Source of the DNA: Eledone cirrhosa | Lineage: Eukaryota | Length of the DNA: 64,000 nt | Direction of reading: 5' to 3' | NCBI GenBank assembly: GCA_964016885.1 | Contig: OZ024743.1 | Span: 256,432,001-256,496,000 of the forward strand | Shown: one piece after another, positions 56,969 through 64,000 of the stretch | How positions within the stretch are numbered: position 1 is the first letter of the stretch | Layout of the letters: every line of letters starts with the position of its first letter | Translations under genes and position numbers: made by a program | Notes under the pieces: generated by a model | The model's input: the letters and a program-made list of their open reading frames with translations, nothing else | Databases searched by the model: none | Told to the model about the DNA's origin: nothing

Positions 56969-57393
56969 TTTAAATGCATATAATGTTACCTTTTTACACC
57001 AACGTTTGCAAATTTCTGTCTTGTATGTTTATACACTGGATATGGCTTTCTATAATAATAGTACTAAACACTGTTTTTCTGGACCCCTTTAGAAATAACC
57101 TGCTACTATAATAGCCCTAATAACTTGTCTGTGACACTGTACTACTTTGACCCCTCTAACCAAATTTTGTCCGAACAACACCACTAGAAGAATTTACTTC
57201 CCAGCCAACCTTGACACGCCTCATTAAGCTAACTGCTGCCAAAACATTCTCTCTTCACAATCTCTACTAGTCTGACAGTCTTAAACCCTAAGACTCCCTC
57301 CACCTTACTCACTTCCCTCTTCCCCTTCTCTTCCTACCTCCTTCTTTATCTTTTATCTAGTGTATAAAATATTTTCATATCATTCTAATACAA

Positions 57394-57510
57394 AGGTCTG
57401 ATGACATGGTGTGTTGGCTTACAGTGTACTTTCGGTTTTTGATAATATTTGTGTATTATTCAAGTAGCGAGGTATAGGTAACTCATACACTATAGAAACA
57501 ATTGTTACCT
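57394..57510 (+). ncRNA. Hammerhead with ~90-nt stem II (mirror at 55491-55607 minus)
   Basis: aggt CTGATGA c atggtgtg..tacactat a GAAA CAATTG TT acct AATAAA. Confidence 0.7.
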
Positions 57511-57685
57511 AATAAATTCTATATACCCGCATTTCCATCTCGTAAATTTTTTCTCCATATTTTCTCCGGATTTTAAATCACACTTTATTATACGTTGAGC
57601 AATCTCTGACGTCAGTTGACTCCATCCAATGCAACTACATAGTAACATTGGAATACAAATTAACTAATTATATATATATATATAT

Positions 57686-57858
57686 AACGAAGGAGTTGTG
57701 GTAAGGAACCAGATGGACCATAACGCACCAGAGTACTCGGTACTTAGTGTAGTAGAGTGGGTAATAGGAAAGAGTATGACCCCGTTTCGACGGCTATTTC
57801 AGTTCAGAAATACCCGTGAAAAGGGCTTGAGCTCTGACGTCGGGGTCATAGTTTTTCC
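57686..57858. mobile_element. Mini fold-back derivative of the 47695 family
   Basis: Long-end motif on the left, short-end motif on the right. Confidence 0.75.
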
Positions 57859-57907
<49 letters not shown>

Positions 57908-57908
<1 letters not shown>

Positions 57909-58345
57909 GTTATGTAATAAACAACATAAGGCAATTATTCCATTTACCAAATGTTTCACGAAGACAGTCGAGCTCAACACGTCTGAAATCGCTCAACAGA
58001 ATGAAAAGATCAATATGGACGTAAGATATGAATTTAAAAACAAAGGCGAGAACAATTGAAAGCGAGGCTGATATAAAAATAAGAAATAAAATAAAATAAA
58101 ATAAAATAAAGGGAAAAATAAAACGTAAATTTATGGAGGAAAATAATATATATATATATATAAATGAAAGTTTGATAAAATCGAAGCTTCAGCCGTAGCC
58201 AAGCCAACGAGATACAGGTCATGTGCTGCCAAGCACTCGATGAGGAGTCTCAGTGTAATAACATTCGTTAGATGGCATGGCAAATTGAAAGGTGTGGCAG
58301 GCAGACACGGCCACGACACCGAATCAATGAGAAAACCAACAGATA
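57908..58345 (-). mobile_element. PLE 3' end with degenerate hammerhead at 57939-58005
   Basis: Minus strand: ttcatt CTGTTGA..GAAA CATTTGG TA aatgga; resembles the 58861 arms; right boundary uncertain. Confidence 0.5.
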
Positions 58346-58526
58346 TACACATACATATATATATACACCTACCCACATATATAATTATACTCACACACAT
58401 ACATACATACATATGAACATACGTACCTACACACACATATACATACATACATACATGCACACGTACATACATACAAACATGTGTATACACACATACATAT
58501 ATAAGTATATATATGTATATATACAT

Positions 58527-58601
<75 letters not shown>

Positions 58602-58618
58602 TTCCTGATGATGTATAC

Positions 58619-58655
<37 letters not shown>

Positions 58656-58791
58656 TTCCTGGTGATTTCTAAAGAATGAAACAGTTCTAGTCGTGTACAA
58701 TCTCATCTATATTAAAACTTTTATACTCTGCAATGTATTGAGTACCTTACTTACTGTGGTTACCTCCGATTCAACCCGGAATAACGTACCG

Positions 58792-58836
<45 letters not shown>

Positions 58837-58860
58837 CATATATATATACATATATATATA

Positions 58861-59145
58861 TTTAATGTATAATAAACAATACAATATAATTACCTCATTA
58901 CCAGAGGTTTCCCGAATAAGACGAATACGAAAAACGTCCTCATTCGTTCATCGGACAAGGCAATAATTGCCTTGTCCGATGAACAAATGAGGACATTTTT
59001 CGTATTCGTCTTATTCGGGAAACCTCTGGTAATGAGGTAATTATATTGTATCGTTTATTATACATTAAATTTTGCTCTGCTACTTACATAGAACACTCTT
59101 CACTCCTAAGACTTTTACAATTTTCAACGGAAACTTCAATACTTT
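58861..59145. mobile_element. Mini palindrome (~58861-59069) with two back-to-back hammerheads, plus tail
   Basis: Near-perfect ~100-bp arms; plus motif at 58970-59037 ccttgt CCGATGA..GAAA CCTCTGG TA atgagg; mirror at 58893-58960. Confidence 0.75.
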
Positions 59146-59146
59146 C

Positions 59147-60768
59147 GGTCCGTCGAAAACAGCATTTGTAAAGTTTCCTCCGAGCATAAATTGCACGGAC
59201 GGCGTCCTCCCGTGTAAGAATTGGCTCTGGACAGTAATCTCCAAGTGAGATCACCTATGATCTCACTTGGAGATTACTGTCCAGAGCCAATTCTTACACG
59301 GGAGGACGCTGTCCGTGCAATTTATGCTCGGAGGAAAATGCTGTTTTCGACGGACCAACTCCTAAACAAGAAAGATGAACTGGTTACTGCATGTAAACAT
59401 AGATTGCGTAGGACTTACCTCGCCCTCAAACCCCATAATGACCCGGGGGGGGGGGGGGGGGGTAGACTAGGGCTATAACACCCCACTTGCCGATTTTGCA
59501 ATGGGTAACCCCTGCTTGCCAAGGAAGACGTAAGATCTTCTTTGTATTCTTTTATCGCTTCCTTTATTTCCTTCCCCCTCTCTCCTTTGTCCTTCTACCC
59601 CAGCTCTTCTCCTTTGTCGGCGTCTTTTCTCGCCCACCCGAGGCTGCCCTTTGGCCCCATGTAGCCTTAGTACCCCCACCACCCCCTCCCCTAGTCTATG
59701 ATAGATTTGGCGGACTCCGCCCTTTATAGCAGTTGGCTTAGACCCCGGATACTTGCCCCCTTTTTCCGACCGCTCCCACTATTCTCTGTGCCCTCTATAT
59801 TTCTTAGTGGCACTTATGCCTTATTTTTTCGTTTCAGTATTTCTTGCTTCGCTTTTCTTCTGTGCGGGTGGATTCTGAATTTATTTCTCCGTACTCTACC
59901 TTGATTTCGTACGAACTTTCATGTAGCTTGTTTTAGATCTTTTAGAGTTAGCATTAGTATATATTTTTCTCGGGACTCAGAATTATTATCTCGTACAAGT
60001 TCACTTTGCTGCACTGGGTCGTTGCTGGCCCGGGATGGAAACCTTTATTGTTTATTTCGTGGTAGTCTCTTTAGTATTTTGGCCCCTTTTGTTGACCCGT
60101 CACCGTATCATTTACGTACTTATACCTCTTAAAAGGGTCCTTGCCTAATTCGTCCCACCTAGTTCTTTTACTTATTTCGTTATTTCTTTATTTCTTTATT
60201 TATTTATTTCTTTACTTCTTTCTTTCTTTCTTTATTTTATTCTAGCCTAACAATAGCCTGAGACCTAGGTCGTAGAATTTAATTTACTTTACTTTTTTCT
60301 TTACACTTATTTGCTTTTCTTCACTCTCAGTATTTTTTCTTTCCTATATATTTCTACCCCCCATTGTTCTACCTACCGTTCCGACTTCCTCCCCCTCCCC
60401 CTCCCCTGTATCTTCTTTGACCTCATGCCCAGCTGTAGCTGGCACTACCAACGCTTGATTGGGTCTACTCCACCCCCTCCCCTCTTTCTCCTACTGGCAG
60501 GTTTAGCCACCATCTCCCCTACTAATTTGCAACCACAGAATTACTACTGATTTTTGACAATCACTTTGACCATATATGGAATTACCCCTTGAGAAGATCG
60601 GCTATTTAAATACCAGGATAAATTTTCATTTAGTCCAGAATTAGCCGTCGAAACGGCTTGAGCTCAGCTGTCGGGGTCTTACTGGTTCCTATTACCCACT
60701 CTACTACCTCAAGTATCGAGTACTTTGGTGCGTTATGGTCCACCTGGTTCCTTACCACATTTCCTTCG

Positions 60769-60770
<2 letters not shown>
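59147..60770 (+). mobile_element. Truncated copy of the 47695 Hydra-like family with a short internal inversion (~59147-59252 vs ~59258-59355)
   Basis: GIY-YIG end LLNKKDELVTACKHR, homologous 3' region, same terminus. Confidence 0.85.
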
Positions 60771-60855
<85 letters not shown>

Positions 60856-60857
<2 letters not shown>

Positions 60858-62531
60858 TGAAACACGTAAAATAAGAAAATTAAAAAAATGAAATATCAAC
60901 TTACTAAAATTTTCACTCTAACTAATTAGTTTCTGTAAGGGGATAAATATAATTACATAATATAACTATAGAGAATTCCTTACGTCATCAGGGAGTCTAT
61001 TCTCAGCTAAGTTCCCAGGCGATGCGCGGACACTAGGAATCCATATAAAAATAATAATATTTCAGTGGATGGAATAAGGCTAGCGAGGACTAAATTCCGG
61101 AGCACTGAAAAAATTCACTGCCTCTGGTCAGTGGCAGATTCTAAAGAATCAATCACGTGACACTGAGGTTAATCAGTTAGGAGCGGGGTGGTATTATGAC
61201 AAGAGCCTACTACTACCATGAATCAGCAGTAAATTTTGGCAAATTTTGCTCAACAAATAATTTGGAGATATAATATAGAGAATTAGTACATTTACCAACA
61301 TATATGTACAGATGTTCACCTATGCTAGCAAATATATATGTTATGTGTTAGTACCTTTATGGTTCTATGCAGGGGGATGCAGAACAATTATATGAAAGAC
61401 GTAAAATAAGAAAATTTTAAAAATTAAAAATCAACTTACTAAAATTTTCACTCCAACTAATTAGTTTATGTAAGGGGATAAATATAGTTACATAATATAA
61501 CTATAGAGAATTCCTTACGTCATCAGGGAGTCTATTCTCAGCTAAGTTCCCAGGCGATGCGCGGACACTAGGAACCCATATACAAATAATAATAATTCAG
61601 TGGATGGAATAAAGCTAGCGAGGACTAAATTCCGGAGCACTGAAAAAATTCACTGCCTCTGGTCAGTGGCAGATTCTAAAGAATCAATCACGTGAAACTG
61701 AGGTTAATCAGTTAGGAGTGGGGGTGGTATAATGACAAGAGCCTACTACTACCATGAATCAGCAGTAAATTTTGGCAAGTTTTGCTCAACAAATAATTTG
61801 GAGATAAATATAGAGAATTAGTACATTTACCAACATATGTGTACAGATGTTCACCTATGCTAGCAAATATATATGTTATGTCTTAGTACCTTTGTGGTTC
61901 TATGCAGGGGGATGCAGAACAATTATATGAAAGACAATTAAAAAAAATTAAAAAAATTAAAAATCAACTTACTTAAAATTTTCTTATTTTACGTCTTTCA
62001 TATAATTGTTCTGCATCCCCTGCATAGAACCACAACGGTACTAACACATAACATATATATTTGTTAGCATAGGTGAACATCTGTACACATATTTTGGTAA
62101 ATGTACTAATTCTCTATATTTATCTCCAAATTATTTGTTGAGCAAAACTTGCCAAAGTTTACTGCTGATTCATGGTAGTAGTAGGCTCTTGTCATAATAC
62201 CACCCCGCTCCTAACAGATTAACCTCAGTGTTACGTGATTGATTCTTTAGAATCTGCCACTGGCCAGAGGCAGTGAATTATTTCAGTGCTCTGGAATTTA
62301 GTCCTCGCTAGCTTTATTCCATCCACTGAATTATTATTATTTTTATATGTGTTCCTAGTGTCCGCGCATCGCCTGGGAACTTAGCTGAGAATAGACTCCC
62401 AAATGACGTAAGGAATTCTCTATAGTTATATTATGTAACTATATTTATCCCCTTACAGAAACTAATCAGTGGAGTGAAAATTTTAGTAAGTTGATTTTTA
62501 ATTTTTAAAATTTTCTTATTTTAAGTCTTTC
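60856..62531. repeat. 535-bp unit: two tandem copies, a partial third, then one inverted copy (~61976-62531); each full unit carries a hammerhead motif
   Basis: Unit starts at 60856, 61391 and 61926; TA tracts on both sides. Confidence 0.88.
60915..60996 (-). ncRNA. Minimal type I hammerhead in the 535-bp unit
   Basis: actcc CTGATGA c gtaagg..ccttac a GAAA CTAATTAG TT (a/g)gagt. Confidence 0.72.
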
Positions 62532-62533
62532 TA

Positions 62534-62613
<80 letters not shown>

Positions 62614-62627
62614 TATATATACATATA

Positions 62628-62680
<53 letters not shown>

Positions 62681-62686
62681 TATATA

Positions 62687-62716
<30 letters not shown>

Positions 62717-62718
<2 letters not shown>

Positions 62719-64000
62719 TAGAAAGATCGAGTATCGAAAAATCGGCGCACGAGTTCACGAAAAACGAAATTCGATATGAGCGGCAGAGGGCTCAATAATT
62801 CAGATGAATCAGAGCTATAACTATCGTTAAAATACCGTCACATATAGAACAAGTCTACAATCAACCATACGATTTAAAATCGATAAAGGAAGATTCGGGC
62901 CAAACAGATAAAAAATATCAATAAAACAATACGTCAATAATTTAAATGAATGTAAAATCATACCCGGACCCACTAGAAAGGTGTTAAATCTAGCTTCATG
63001 GGTTTCTGTAAATCCTTAGACAGTACTCTATCAGCTCACATATAAATATAAAAGCCTACTAGAATAAGTGGAACGGAGTTTACGTTGTCAACGAGTTTTT
63101 TCCTGGCGGCAGAGGAGTCAACTAGCGGTGAAAAACGCACATGGCATTAGACAAGGGAGATGACCCCTATATCCGCGAAAACAATTCGAGTGAATGTGGA
63201 AATACACATATCGAATTAGAGTGCTCAATAGACATGTTAAAATAAAACAAAAGCTATTCATCACTCAATAGAATCGACAAAAAATGAGCAATAAAATTAA
63301 CTGGTGGATAGCTATGTCCAGAGCTAAATATATTAGAAAGATCGAGTATCGAAAAATCGGCGCACGAGTTCACGAAAAACGAAATTCGATATGAGCGGCA
63401 GAGGGCTCAATAATTCAGATGAATCAGAGCTATAACTATCGTTAAAATACCGTCACATATAGAACAAGTCTACAATCAACCATACGATTTAAAATCGATA
63501 AAGGAAGATTCGGGCCAAACAGATAAAAAATATCAATAAAACAATACGTCAATAATTTAAATGAATGTAAAATCATACCCGGACCCACTAGAAAGGTGTT
63601 AAATCTAGCTTCATGGGTTTCTGTAAATCCTTAGACAGTACTCTATCAGCTCACATATAAATATAAAAGCCTACTAGAATAAGTGGAACGGAGTTTACGT
63701 TGTCAACGAGTTTTTTCCTGGCGGCAGAGGAGTCAACTAGCGGTGAAAAACGCACATGGCATTAGACAAGGGAGATGACCCCTATATCCGCGAAAACAAT
63801 TCGAGTGAATGTGGAAATACACATATCGAATTAGAGTGCTCAATAGACATGTTAAAATAAAACAAAAGCTATTCATCACTCAATAGAATCGACAAAAAAT
63901 GAGCAATAAAATTAACTGGTGGATAGCTATGTCCAGAGCTAAATATATTAGAAAGATCGAGTATCGAAAAATCGGCGCACGAGTTCACGAAAAACGAAAT
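62717..64000. repeat. 615-bp tandem repeat, at least 2.1 copies, running off the window
   Basis: gaaagatcgag recurs at 62721, 63336 and 63951; copies look identical by eye. Confidence 0.92.

Larger units (their letters stand above)
55447..57665. mobile_element. Fold-back Hydra-like PLE 3' end (arms ~55447-56352 and ~56565-57556, tail to ~57665)
   Basis: Near-identical GIY-YIG peptides at 56005-56256 (minus) and 56661-56912 (plus). Confidence 0.88.

Overview
AT-rich, microsatellite-saturated eukaryotic DNA with no recognisable host gene. The SINE families (tRNA-derived CORE-SINEs with (GAT)n tails and OK/OR-like SINEs) suggest an octopus or other coleoid cephalopod; that is an inference. Almost all ORF-track entries are (TA)n/(CA)n artefacts. 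The real coding remnants are transposons: RTE LINEs, a CRE-like restriction-like endonuclease, a mariner fragment and many Penelope-like elements (PLEs) of apparently four types (Hydra-like, Neptune-like, Nematis-like, Penelope/Poseidon-like; clade names assigned from motif recall, not from a tree). Two hidden patterns dominate the window. (1) Most PLE-related insertions sit in (TA)n tracts as fold-back (inverted) structures, with one arm ending flush against the TA tract and the other carrying an extra tail of about 35-110 nt. (2) Their ends carry minimal type I hammerhead ribozyme motifs, read by eye, with palindromic stem III, variant cores (CUGA-GA, CCGAUGA, CUGAAAGA) and long stem II inserts. 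Several ribozyme-bearing units are non-coding and retrozyme-like: a 535-bp tandem/inverted array, a 1.3-kb unit between two hammerhead direct repeats, and tiny palindromes with back-to-back hammerheads. All folds and coordinates were read manually and are approximate to a few bases; none was computed.
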